NCBI GenBank assembly: GCA_043823065.1 | Contig: JBDRBB010000008.1 | Coordinates: 93,643-157,642 of the forward strand | Direction of reading: 5' to 3' | Source: Pseudomonadota bacterium | Lineage (GTDB): Bacteria > UBA10199 > 2-02-FULL-44-16 > DYJF01 | DNA length: 64,000 nt | Shown: positions 47,409-56,042 of the stretch, in pieces | Layout of the letters: every line of letters starts with the position of its first letter | Numbering within the stretch: position 1 is the stretch's first letter | Made by a program: the position numbers and the translations under genes | The notes under the pieces: model-generated | The model's database searches: none | What the model saw: only the letters and a program-made list of their open reading frames with translations | Told to the model about the DNA's origin: nothing

Positions 47409-48782
47409 ATGAAACTAAGAAAATATAAAAAATATTTTTATCTCATCCCTTTTTGTTTAGCTTTTTTCTCTTTTCTAATAGGTGCTAGTTCCCAGTCAGA
47501 ACAAAAAGTTTATATAGCCACTCTTGATGACCAAATTATCAATCCAGTTATGGTGGATTATATTGATAAGGCAATTGCCGAGGCTAAAGCTAACCAAGCC
47601 CAGTGTTTGATCTTAAAGCTAGACACACCAGGTGGTCTTTTAACCTCAACTAGAAAAATCGTGAAATCTATTATGAACTCAGAAGTGCCAGTGGTTGTTT
47701 ATGTTGCTCCCCAAGGCGCGCGCGCTGGATCAGCAGGTGTTTTTATAACTTTAGCGGCAAATATTGCTGCCATGGCGCCTTCTACTAATATTGGCGCTGC
47801 TCATCCAGTTAATTTGCAAGAAGATAAGGGTAGTAAAGATAATTTGGAAGATTTGTTGCAAAGATTAGTAGATAAAAAGCCAGACCAGAAACAAGATCAG
47901 GAATCAGCTAGTCCAATGCAAGATAAGATATTAAATGACACCACAGCTTGGGTTAAAGGTATCGCTCAAACCAGAGGAAGAAATGTAAATTGGGCGATAA
48001 AAGCAGTAACTGAAAGTGTTTCGGTTGAAGAACAAGAAGCCTTAAAACTTAATATTATTAATTTTATTGCTAAGGATGTTGCGGATTTGCTAACCAAAAT
48101 AGATGGCCAGAAAATAACTATTGGTGATCAAAATAAAATTTTAAACACCAAAAATGCAGCTCAAATTCAAATTGAACCAGGTTTGCGTGTCAAAATTTTA
48201 GCTACACTGGCTCATCCAAATATTGCTTATATATTATTGATGTTAGGTTTTTATGGTTTGTTGTTTGAATTTACCAATCCTGGAATTGGTTTTTCCGGAA
48301 TTGCTGGAGTAATTTGTTTGGTACTGGCTTTTTTTGGATTACAAATTTTGCCAACTAATTACGCAGGTATTGTATTAATTGCCCTGGCTATTATTCTTTT
48401 TATTGTTGAGATTAAAGTGATTAGTTATGGGCTTTTAACCCTGGGTGGATTGGTCTCTTTTTTAGTTGGATCCTTAATTTTGTTTGATACTCCGCATAAG
48501 TTTATGCAGGTTTCCTTGCCTTTGGTGGGTGGTTTTGCTGCTGCAACATTTATCGTTGCTGCTTTTTTAGCCTTTATTGCCATTAGATCCCATCAACGTA
48601 AAAGTAAAATTGGTTTGGAAGGTTTAATAGGAGAAGTAGCTGAGGTAAGCAAGGCCAGGGGCAAAAAAGGCAAAGTATTTGTGCATGGTGAAATATGGGA
48701 TGTTATTTCTGAAAATAACCTTGAAGTAGGTAAGCCAGTTGAGGTAATAGGTAAGCAAGCTACAAAATTAATTGTGAAATAG
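47409..48782 (+). CDS. NfeD-family membrane-bound serine protease (ClpP-class N-domain, TM region, C-terminal OB-fold)
   Basis: Start trimmed to MKLRKYKK.... ClpP-like GGxxT region. Four or five TM helices. C-terminal beta domain with GEIWDV. Confidence 0.75.
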   Translation: MKLRKYKKYFYLIPFCLAFFSFLIGASSQSEQKVYIATLDDQIINPVMVDYIDKAIAEAKANQAQCLILKLDTPGGLLTSTRKIVKSIMNSEVPVVVYVAPQGARAGSAGVFITLAANIAAMAPSTNIGAAHPVNLQEDKGSKDNLEDLLQRLVDKKPDQKQDQESASPMQDKILNDTTAWVKGIAQTRGRNVNWAIKAVTESVSVEEQEALKLNIINFIAKDVADLLTKIDGQKITIGDQNKILNTKNAAQIQIEPGLRVKILATLAHPNIAYILLMLGFYGLLFEFTNPGIGFSGIAGVICLVLAFFGLQILPTNYAGIVLIALAIILFIVEIKVISYGLLTLGGLVSFLVGSLILFDTPHKFMQVSLPLVGGFAAATFIVAAFLAFIAIRSHQRKSKIGLEGLIGEVAEVSKARGKKGKVFVHGEIWDVISENNLEVGKPVEVIGKQATKLIVK

Positions 48783-48800
48783 TAAATTAAGGAGGATTGG

Positions 48801-49322
48801 ATGAAACTGAAACATTGGTCAATATTGGTTGGTTTGGTTTTAATGTTTACAATTGGTTGTGAAAAAGCAGACCTATTTCCTGAAACACAAGAACCAGCAG
48901 CAACAGAGGAAACAGCAACTCTACCAACGCCGAGCGCGGAGTTAAGCGCTGGCACAGTGGTGATTCATGGAGCTGATAAAGATCTAAATTTAACGGTTGA
49001 ATTAGCCAACGATCGGGAATCCAGGGCTAAGGGTTTGTCTGGTCGGGAAGCTTTGGCGCCAAACAGTGGCATGTTATTTATCTTTGAAGAAGATGTGCGA
49101 GATGCTTTTTGGACCAAAGATACCTATGTTCCCCTGGATTTAATTTTTATCGATAGCGCTAAAAATATTGTAGATATTATTGTTAATGCTGAACCAAATT
49201 CTACAGAGCGTTTAGTGCCAAATGCAGATTATCGTTATGTATTAGAAGTGCCGGCAGGTTATGCTAATGCCAATGCTATTGAAGTTGGCAACTTAGTTGA
49301 ATTAAGAATTGGTCCTAGATAA
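48801..49322 (+). CDS. DUF192 (COG1430) secreted/lipoprotein
   Basis: Lipobox FTIGCEK. DUF192-like motifs (AKGLSGRE, MLFIFEED, VLEVPAG). Confidence 0.6.
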   Translation: MKLKHWSILVGLVLMFTIGCEKADLFPETQEPAATEETATLPTPSAELSAGTVVIHGADKDLNLTVELANDRESRAKGLSGREALAPNSGMLFIFEEDVRDAFWTKDTYVPLDLIFIDSAKNIVDIIVNAEPNSTERLVPNADYRYVLEVPAGYANANAIEVGNLVELRIGPR

Positions 49323-49342
49323 CAGCGATTGTTATCCTCAAT

Positions 49343-49376
49343 AAAAAAGCCCCAGTGTTAAACTGGGGCTTTTTGC
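49343..49376. terminator. Bidirectional rho-independent terminator (gccccagt/actggggc) between convergent genes
   Basis: A-run upstream and T-run downstream. Confidence 0.6.
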
Positions 49377-49389
49377 ATATCTGATAAGC

Positions 49390-50382
49390 TTAATTCTTTA
49401 CAGTTTCTTTGTTTTCTTCACTTTTTTCAGCAGTGCCAAGGTTTGTTGTTTCTGATTTGTTTTCTTTTACAGCTTGTCCTTGGGCTTCTGCTTTTTTCTC
49501 TTCTTTAGGAAAACTAATTTTAGCTTCAGCCTTGAGTTGCTTCAAGAGATCGTCTTTAACGGTATTTCTGACTTTGAAAATAATACTATTCTTAGCTTGA
49601 TCATAAGGGCTGAGTTCAAAACCTTTGGTAACTGTGATTAGATGATAACCTTTGTTTGTTTTAATTGGTCCAGCAATTTCTCCAACTTTGATTTCCGCAG
49701 CTTTTTCCAAAAGAGGGCCAAAACCACGCGCTGCCAACCGTTGGTCAGTTTTATCAACTAAACCAAGATCTCCACCACGATTTTTAGTGGCAACATCTTC
49801 AGAAACTTCTTTAGCTACAGTAGCAAAATCCTCACCCTTGTCTAAACGAGCTTTAATTTTTTGAATATAAATAAGGGCTTCTTCTTCACTTCTTGGGCCA
49901 GTCTGCTTTTTGCTTTTTTGTTTTTTATGTTTCTTGTCATTTTTTAAGTCAGCTGGATTAGCATATTCCACCATGATGTGAGAAAAACTAAGCTTGTTAA
50001 ACTCATCTTTATTTTCATCATAATATTTTTGGGCTGCCTTTTCGATCTCCTCTTCCATTAGAGTTTGAGAAATAATCACCCGGCGATAAAGATCGCTTTT
50101 CACTTTAACATCTTCCCGACGGTTGATGCCTTGTTTAACAGCCTCTTGATAAAGGAGTTCCTGTTCGATCATATTGTCCAGTAATTTTTGTCTGCCTTCA
50201 GGATTCGTGAGTTGGGCTTTAATGCGCGGGTTAATAGTGCCCAAAAATTCCAGGTCATTTTCAGTAATAACTTCATTATTAACTTTGGCTACAGTATCGC
50301 CTTTTTTATTGGAAGAACAGCTGCCAGCCAAAAAACTTAGGCCGAAGGCAGCGCAAATAACTAATAAGCCTACTTTTTTCAT
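49390..50382 (-). CDS. Parvulin-type peptidyl-prolyl isomerase lipoprotein (PrsA/SurA-like)
   Basis: Lipobox LAGSCSS. SurA_N-like N-terminus. Parvulin core GGDLG...GYHLITV. Confidence 0.75.
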   Translation of the reverse strand: MKKVGLLVICAAFGLSFLAGSCSSNKKGDTVAKVNNEVITENDLEFLGTINPRIKAQLTNPEGRQKLLDNMIEQELLYQEAVKQGINRREDVKVKSDLYRRVIISQTLMEEEIEKAAQKYYDENKDEFNKLSFSHIMVEYANPADLKNDKKHKKQKSKKQTGPRSEEEALIYIQKIKARLDKGEDFATVAKEVSEDVATKNRGGDLGLVDKTDQRLAARGFGPLLEKAAEIKVGEIAGPIKTNKGYHLITVTKGFELSPYDQAKNSIIFKVRNTVKDDLLKQLKAEAKISFPKEEKKAEAQGQAVKENKSETTNLGTAEKSEENKETVKN

Positions 50383-50442
50383 AAAAACCTCCTTAATTTT
50401 GTTGCTGGTTTATACACCTGTTGGGTGATACTGTCAAATTGG

Positions 50443-50718
50443 TTAAAAATGACTGATTTTAAAATCTGAGAATTTTCCTTTTGCTTGAGACCAAACCGTT
50501 TCCACCTTGTCAACTCTGGCTGAAGGAGGTCCTTGACGGCACCAGGCGATTAGTTGTTCAAGTGCTGTTTTTTCACCTTCGGCAATCACTTCCACCCCTC
50601 CATCATCTGTATTTTTAACCGCGCCGGTTAGGCCAAGGCTTTTGGCTTTTTTTTGGGTATGCATCCTAAAAAATACACCCTGGACCAAACCAGAAATTTT
50701 TATTTGAATTTGTTGCAT
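50443..50718 (-). CDS. acyP: Acylphosphatase
   Basis: Start trimmed to MQQIQ.... Signatures VQGVFFRMHT and GAVKNTDDGGVEV. Confidence 0.8.
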   Translation of the reverse strand: MQQIQIKISGLVQGVFFRMHTQKKAKSLGLTGAVKNTDDGGVEVIAEGEKTALEQLIAWCRQGPPSARVDKVETVWSQAKGKFSDFKISHF

Positions 50719-50813
50719 AATGCTCAATTGTCGCCAGATTAGGGAAAAAATCAAGAATTAAAGGATTAAGAAAATCTTGCTGAATTCTTGCATGCAAGTT
50801 ATGCTTTAGAAAG

Positions 50814-51239
50814 ATGAAAATTATATGTTTAGATGTAGGAACTAAAAGAATTGGTTTGGCTGCTTGTGATCCCTTGGAAATCACTGCCCAAGGTTTGGGT
50901 GTTATTGAGCGTACTACAAAACAGCGTGATTTTGCGGAAATTTTGCAATGTATTCAGCAAGAAGCGGCAGAAAAGCTCTTGATTGGTTTGCCTTTGGATG
51001 CAGAAAGCAAAATTGGGGTCTCAGCCCAAAAGATTTTGGATTTTATTCAGGAATTGAGAGGATATTTAAGAGAAAATCAGTGCCAGATACCTATTGAAAC
51101 TTGGGATGAGCGCTATTCTACTGCTCAAGCTCAAGAACATTTGATTGAATTTGAGGTAAGCCGCAAGAAGCGCAAGAAAGTCATTGATAAAATGGCTGCT
51201 TTAATGATCTTGCGGGATTATTTGGAATCAAAAGTTTAG
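50814..51239 (+). CDS. ruvX: Holliday-junction resolvase-like nuclease YqgF/RuvX
   Basis: MKIICLDVGTKRIGLA N-terminus. 141 aa. Confidence 0.88.
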   Translation: MKIICLDVGTKRIGLAACDPLEITAQGLGVIERTTKQRDFAEILQCIQQEAAEKLLIGLPLDAESKIGVSAQKILDFIQELRGYLRENQCQIPIETWDERYSTAQAQEHLIEFEVSRKKRKKVIDKMAALMILRDYLESKV

Positions 51240-51247
51240 GGGGAGTT

Positions 51248-52285
51248 ATGGGTGTAAGAAAGTTTTTTAGGCGTTTAGTGTTAACAGTTTTTCTGCTTTG
51301 TTTAATTGCTGCTGGTTTTCTAGGTTGGTCTTTTTATGCAGCTATTTATAAATGGACCTCGCCTATTAAAGCAATTGTGGAAATTGAGCCTGGTTCTTCA
51401 GTGCAAACCATTGCGCTTAAATTGGCTGCCAACAAAGTGCTTAATACCCCCAAAATTTTTACTGCTTATGTTCGGCTGGCCGGTAAATCAGGAAAGCTTA
51501 AAGCTGGAGAATATGAATTCCCGGCAGGACTGACTGCTCATGAAGTTTTACAAAAAATTCTCAAAGGAGATGTAATACATTATGAGCTGCAGATTATTGA
51601 AGGCTGGTCTGTTGCTGATATTGCTGATTATTTAGCAAAGCAGCCAATCATTACTGACCCCCAGTTTGCGGCAGATTTTAAACGTTTGGCTAAAAGTAAA
51701 GAGGGGTATATGTTTCCCGATACCTATCGAATTTTACGTCCCAAAAGCGCGCAAGATTTGATTGATCGTTTTGAAGCCAGATTCAACGAGGTCTATTCTC
51801 CAGAGATTGCAGCTGTTGCTAAAGATCAAGGTTTGAGCAAGCAAGAAGTAATTACCCTGGCATCTATTGTGGAAAAGGAAACTGGCCTGGCTGATGAACG
51901 GCCAGTAATTGCTTCAGTATTTCTAAATCGTTTAAAAAATAATATTGCCCTGCAAAGCGACCCTACGGTGATTTATGGTTTGTCAAATTTTGACGGTAAT
52001 TTGCGCAAACAAGATTTAGCTAACCCTCATCCTTATAATACCTATGTGCATGCTGGTTTGCCGCCTGGGCCGATTTGTAATCCAGGCCAGGCTTCTATTG
52101 AAGCAGTTTTGTATCCAGCCCAAACCCATTATCTATATTTTGTTTCCAAAAATGACGGCAGTCATGAATTTTCCAGAACCTTGGAAGAACACAACCGGGC
52201 AGTGCAGAAATATCAAATGCGGAGAAACGTCAGCAATAATCCACCTAAATCATTACCAGCACCAAAAATAATACCCCAAAGGTAG
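51248..52285 (+). CDS. mltG: Endolytic murein transglycosylase MltG (YceG family)
   Basis: N-terminal TM. Motifs YEFPAGLT, LASIVEKE and LQSDPTVIYG. Confidence 0.9.
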   Translation: MGVRKFFRRLVLTVFLLCLIAAGFLGWSFYAAIYKWTSPIKAIVEIEPGSSVQTIALKLAANKVLNTPKIFTAYVRLAGKSGKLKAGEYEFPAGLTAHEVLQKILKGDVIHYELQIIEGWSVADIADYLAKQPIITDPQFAADFKRLAKSKEGYMFPDTYRILRPKSAQDLIDRFEARFNEVYSPEIAAVAKDQGLSKQEVITLASIVEKETGLADERPVIASVFLNRLKNNIALQSDPTVIYGLSNFDGNLRKQDLANPHPYNTYVHAGLPPGPICNPGQASIEAVLYPAQTHYLYFVSKNDGSHEFSRTLEEHNRAVQKYQMRRNVSNNPPKSLPAPKIIPQR

Positions 52286-52298
52286 TTTTCCACTATGT

Positions 52299-52375
52299 TT
52301 TGTCATTCCCGCGAAGGCGGGAATCTAGCCTGTTATAACGGACTGGATCCCCACTTTCGTGGGGATGACAAACCT
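52299..52375. repeat. Compound REP-like element: outer TGTCAT...ATGACAA ends enclosing two hairpins (attcccgc/gcgggaat and atccccac/gtggggat)
   Basis: First hairpin is near-identical to 25036..25060. Same termini as the 835 and 1589 copies. Confidence 0.5.
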
Positions 52376-52597
52376 TTGGCGACAGGCTCTTTGATAGTCT
52401 TCGAGCGAAGCAAAGCGGAGTCGAGAAGCACAATTTGGACTTCGGAAACAGCCTCTATCTAGGCTGCTGTTATGGCTCGTTCGCACGCCGCTCAACAACA
52501 CTTCCCAGCGCAACTAACCAAACATAAATTTCGCAGTCTAATAACTTCTACGCTATTTTCTGACCGACAATTTTTGAGGAGGCCAATATGTTGTCTA

Positions 52598-52660
52598 GAA
52601 AAAAGTGTTTGGATTATCGGACTATGATTCACCTTAAGTTACCCCAAACACTTTTTTCTT
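52598..52660 (-). terminator. Terminator-like long hairpin (13-bp stem aaaaagtgtttgg/ccaaacacttttt) downstream of the permease gene
   Basis: T-runs on both sides. Lies 11 nt after the stop of the 52671..53729 gene. Confidence 0.5.
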
Positions 52661-52670
52661 GAGAAAATAT

Positions 52671-53729
52671 TTACTTCTTCTTAAAGGCAGCAACTAGCAT
52701 TACTAGGGTTAGGGGCACCGCAGTGATCCATTTGAGCCAATCTGGAATTACTTGATGGGCATGGCCTAAGTGAGTTTGGATGTTAATGCCAAAGCCTGCA
52801 TAAATTTCATTAAGCAGCAATCCTAAAACCAGGGCACAAACAGCAATAGATACAACATAGATAATTGCAGTACGAATTCCTAACATTTTGACAATTACTG
52901 AAAAAGAAGCAGCATTAGTGGCTGGGCCAACCAAAAGAAAGACCAGGGCTGCGCCAGGATCCATGCCCTTTAGAAGCAGGGCAGCGGCGATTGGCGTGGA
53001 AGCAACTGCGCACACATATAGAGGCAAGCCAACAACTAGCATGATAAGAAGTGAAATAAAGCCAGCGCCTAAATAATTTTCAATAATACTGGTTGGTACT
53101 AAAAAAGTAATAATACCAGCAATAACCATGCCGATTAAAAACCAGCGACTAATATCAGTTAGAAGTTCGACAAAGGCAAAGTGCAGGCCATGTCCAATTC
53201 TTTCCCCAAGAGAATGGGAGTGTGGCCCTTGTCCGTGGTCAACACAATGAGGACAGGCTACTTCTTTATTTTTAGTTTCATCTTTTTTACCCCATACAAT
53301 TTCAATGGCTCCAGAAACAAAACCAGTGATAAAAGCAGCAATAGGACGAAACACGGTCATGATGGGATCAATCAAAGCATAAGTAAGTGCAATAGAATCA
53401 ATGCTAGACTCTGGAGTGGAGATCAAAAAAGAAAGGGTGGCTGGCTTGGAAGCTCCTTGTTTGCGCAAGGCCATGGCTGTGGGCACTACACCACAAGAGC
53501 ACAAAGGTAAAGGAACGCCAAACAAAGCTGCGCGCAGCACAGATTTAAGATCATTGCCTCCCATATATCTTACAATAGTTTCACTGGAGATAAAGGCGCG
53601 AATCAGAGCTGCAATGACAAATCCCAAAAGAATAAAAAAACTGGCATCTAGCAATACATTCCAGGTTGCGTTTAATATGCCCCAAAAGATTTCATAAATT
53701 CTATCCATATTTCCCCCGTTCCTGCTCAA
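52671..53729 (-). CDS. DUF318 / ArsP-like predicted permease with a His/Cys-rich cytoplasmic loop
   Basis: LCSCGVVP motif, as in the paralogue at 16830. Loop CPHCVDHGQGPHSHSLGERIGHGLH suggests metal binding. Confidence 0.7.
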   Translation of the reverse strand: MSRNGGNMDRIYEIFWGILNATWNVLLDASFFILLGFVIAALIRAFISSETIVRYMGGNDLKSVLRAALFGVPLPLCSCGVVPTAMALRKQGASKPATLSFLISTPESSIDSIALTYALIDPIMTVFRPIAAFITGFVSGAIEIVWGKKDETKNKEVACPHCVDHGQGPHSHSLGERIGHGLHFAFVELLTDISRWFLIGMVIAGIITFLVPTSIIENYLGAGFISLLIMLVVGLPLYVCAVASTPIAAALLLKGMDPGAALVFLLVGPATNAASFSVIVKMLGIRTAIIYVVSIAVCALVLGLLLNEIYAGFGINIQTHLGHAHQVIPDWLKWITAVPLTLVMLVAAFKKK

Positions 53730-54109
53730 TATACTAGTTCAGAAATGCTGATATTACAATATATCAATTGGCAATCCGTCATTCCCTTTGCCTTGAAAAA
53801 AGTGCATGGGGTCCTGAGGTGACAGAGCAGTCTGATGTTATGGGGTATTGCTCTCGTGGCTCTCGGCCGACTTTTTTTATTTCCCTACAACCATTCCGGT
53901 GTATTCCTGTTTTTTTGTTATATCGGGAAAGTAAAAAAAGCCGCCCTACGCCACTAGCGCAATACCCAAAGTATCTACATATTCTGTAAGCGCGCGCCTA
54001 AATTGCTTCAAACACCTCACCTCCTGCAGGGATTTTGGATAAGCAATTAAGTAGATGTCCCCGGAATTCTTTGATGTTGCTTAGTTGCATATGATATTCA
54101 ACGTCATTG

Positions 54110-54583
54110 CTACACAACATTATAATATTCTCGATAAGCAGTGTTCTGATATAGATCTAGAAACTCTCGGCAAGGTTTATCGTCAATATACTTCCATTGC
54201 GTAAATAAAGTGGGGCTAACTTTTACCACAATTTGGTTTTTCGTATGAGCATACATTTCATAAGCGCGAGGGTGTTTGTGCTTAAAATGTTCGGAAAATT
54301 TTGCATTTGTAACTTCCGATGGATGTCCAAGTAATTCAGCAGTTCCTTCTATTTGTAAACTGCCAAGGCAAAAAGCAACTTGAGGATTTTTGCGTATTTG
54401 GTCAATTTTTAAAAATCTACTGTCTGTTTGAAAGAATATGTTAAGGCCAATATTGACGTGACACATAGATCTAACTGTCACCCGACTATCTGCACATGTA
54501 GCCAGTACAATGTGTTTTGACTTTTCAAGTAGCTCAGTTATCTCTTTTTTCTTTTCGTCAATATTAAGTGTGACTTTATCCAT
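54110..54583 (-). CDS. Pyridoxamine 5'-phosphate oxidase-like FMN-binding split-barrel protein
   Basis: Start at MDKV with SD GGAGG. Pattern HIVLATCADSRVTVRSM...FFQTDSRFLK...NPQVAFCL. Confidence 0.5.
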   Translation of the reverse strand: MDKVTLNIDEKKKEITELLEKSKHIVLATCADSRVTVRSMCHVNIGLNIFFQTDSRFLKIDQIRKNPQVAFCLGSLQIEGTAELLGHPSEVTNAKFSEHFKHKHPRAYEMYAHTKNQIVVKVSPTLFTQWKYIDDKPCREFLDLYQNTAYREYYNVV

Positions 54584-54864
54584 AAAACCTCCATTATTCA
54601 TGGCTTCTAATCACAGTTATCGTTCACTTTTCAAGGATAAAGTGTAAAAGAATGATAGATGTCTTTGATTAAAGGTATGAATTTGAGGCAGCGTAGAGCA
54701 GGTCTTTGAATCCGGACCGACATCATCCAAGCTGCTAATAGTTTCGTAATAGCCTGAGGGAGGTGAGAAGACCTGGTCGAGAGCTGTCTCAAATTCATTT
54801 TTGTGATCAAATATATTATATTTCCACTGGCAATATTGTTTCAGAATGTTATAGGAACCAAACT

Positions 54865-55185
54865 ATGGAAATAATTCCCGGAGTGCGCAAAAAATTAAGA
54901 AAACGCCGTACTGAAAAATTTTTAGACACTCAGAACCTGGCGAGTGAATGTCATAATTTTTCTGTGGAAGGTTTTGTAGATCAAAAATTAGAATTTTTCT
55001 TCACCCGTCTAGGAGATTTAGAAGCAGAAGGTCTTTATGAGACCGTGATGGATCAAGTTGAGAGGTCTTTGCTAAAAAAATCATTAACCTGGGCTAAAGG
55101 AAATCAACTTAAAGCTGCCCGGGTTTTGGGGATTAATCGCAACACTTTGCGGACAAAAATGCGTAAGTTAAAAGTTGACTTATAG
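54865..55185 (+). CDS. fis: Fis-family DNA-binding protein
   Basis: Start trimmed to MEIIPGV. C-terminal HTH KGNQLKAARVLGINRNTLRTKMRKL. Confidence 0.55.
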   Translation: MEIIPGVRKKLRKRRTEKFLDTQNLASECHNFSVEGFVDQKLEFFFTRLGDLEAEGLYETVMDQVERSLLKKSLTWAKGNQLKAARVLGINRNTLRTKMRKLKVDL

Positions 55186-55192
55186 CTGTCTT

Positions 55193-55972
55193 ATGAATGC
55201 AACTGTATTAACAATTGCAGGTTCAGACCCTTCTGGTGGAGCTGGAGTGCAGGCTGATCTCCAGACATTTGGAGATCTAGAAGTTTCAGCTATCTCAGCA
55301 GTAACTGCTATTACAGCTCAAAATGATCAAGAGGTTTTGGCAATTCATCCCACGCCAGCAGATGTTTTAACTCAACAACTATCCACAGCCTTAAAAGGCA
55401 AAAAAGTGGAAGTGGTAAAAATTGGCATGGTGGCAACGTTAAGCAATGTGCGCGCCATAGCCTGGTTTTTGAAGCATACTTCATTTAAACAAGTTGTGCT
55501 TGATCCTGTTTTACATTCTTCAACTGGAATACCGCTTTTGGAAACCAAAGCGCTCAGCATTTTTCGTCAGCAGCTAATGCCTTTGGCAACTGTGATTACC
55601 CCTAATTTACCTGAAGCACAAGTGCTGGCTGGTATGCAAGTAACCTCTTTGGAAACAATGAAAAAAGCAGCTGAAGTTATTCATTTAGATGCTTTTAAAT
55701 TGCGAGCTGGTATAAATAAGCCACTTTATGTGTTAATTAAAGGAGGTCATCTAAAAGGAGACGCAGCTGATGTTCTTTATAATGGCGAAAAATTTGAAAT
55801 TTTTTCAGCAAAAAGAATTTCAGGTCCATCCCCTCGGGGTACTGGCTGCCGTTTTTCAGCAGCCATTGCTGCAGGCCTGGCCAAAGGAGAGCAATTAGAA
55901 GTTGCCATTAAGAATGCAAAAACATATTTAGAGAGTTATATTGCAGGAGAAAAATCTAAAAAGCATAATTGA
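55193..55972 (+). CDS. thiD: Hydroxymethylpyrimidine / phosphomethylpyrimidine kinase
   Basis: VLTIAGSDPSGGAGVQADL N-terminal signature. GTGCRFSAAIAAGLA. Confidence 0.9.
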   Translation: MNATVLTIAGSDPSGGAGVQADLQTFGDLEVSAISAVTAITAQNDQEVLAIHPTPADVLTQQLSTALKGKKVEVVKIGMVATLSNVRAIAWFLKHTSFKQVVLDPVLHSSTGIPLLETKALSIFRQQLMPLATVITPNLPEAQVLAGMQVTSLETMKKAAEVIHLDAFKLRAGINKPLYVLIKGGHLKGDAADVLYNGEKFEIFSAKRISGPSPRGTGCRFSAAIAAGLAKGEQLEVAIKNAKTYLESYIAGEKSKKHN

Positions 55973-56035
55973 CCATTGACTATAGACCATTGACCTTTTT
56001 CCGTTTTAGGTCAATTGTCTATGGTCAATAGTCGA
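55968..56035. promoter_or_regulatory. Large palindrome with four TTGACC/GGTCAA-type half-sites and a T-rich loop (terminator and/or operator)
   Basis: Arms ttgaccattgactatagaccattgacc and ggtcaattgtctatggtcaatagtcga, about 22/27 complementary. Loop tttttccgttttag, followed by TTTTATT. Confidence 0.4.
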
Positions 56036-56042
56036 TTTTATT

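Noticed and set aside
52325-52513. 62-aa minus-strand ORF
   Set aside because: It lies across the REP-like hairpins, with no start context. It is spurious.
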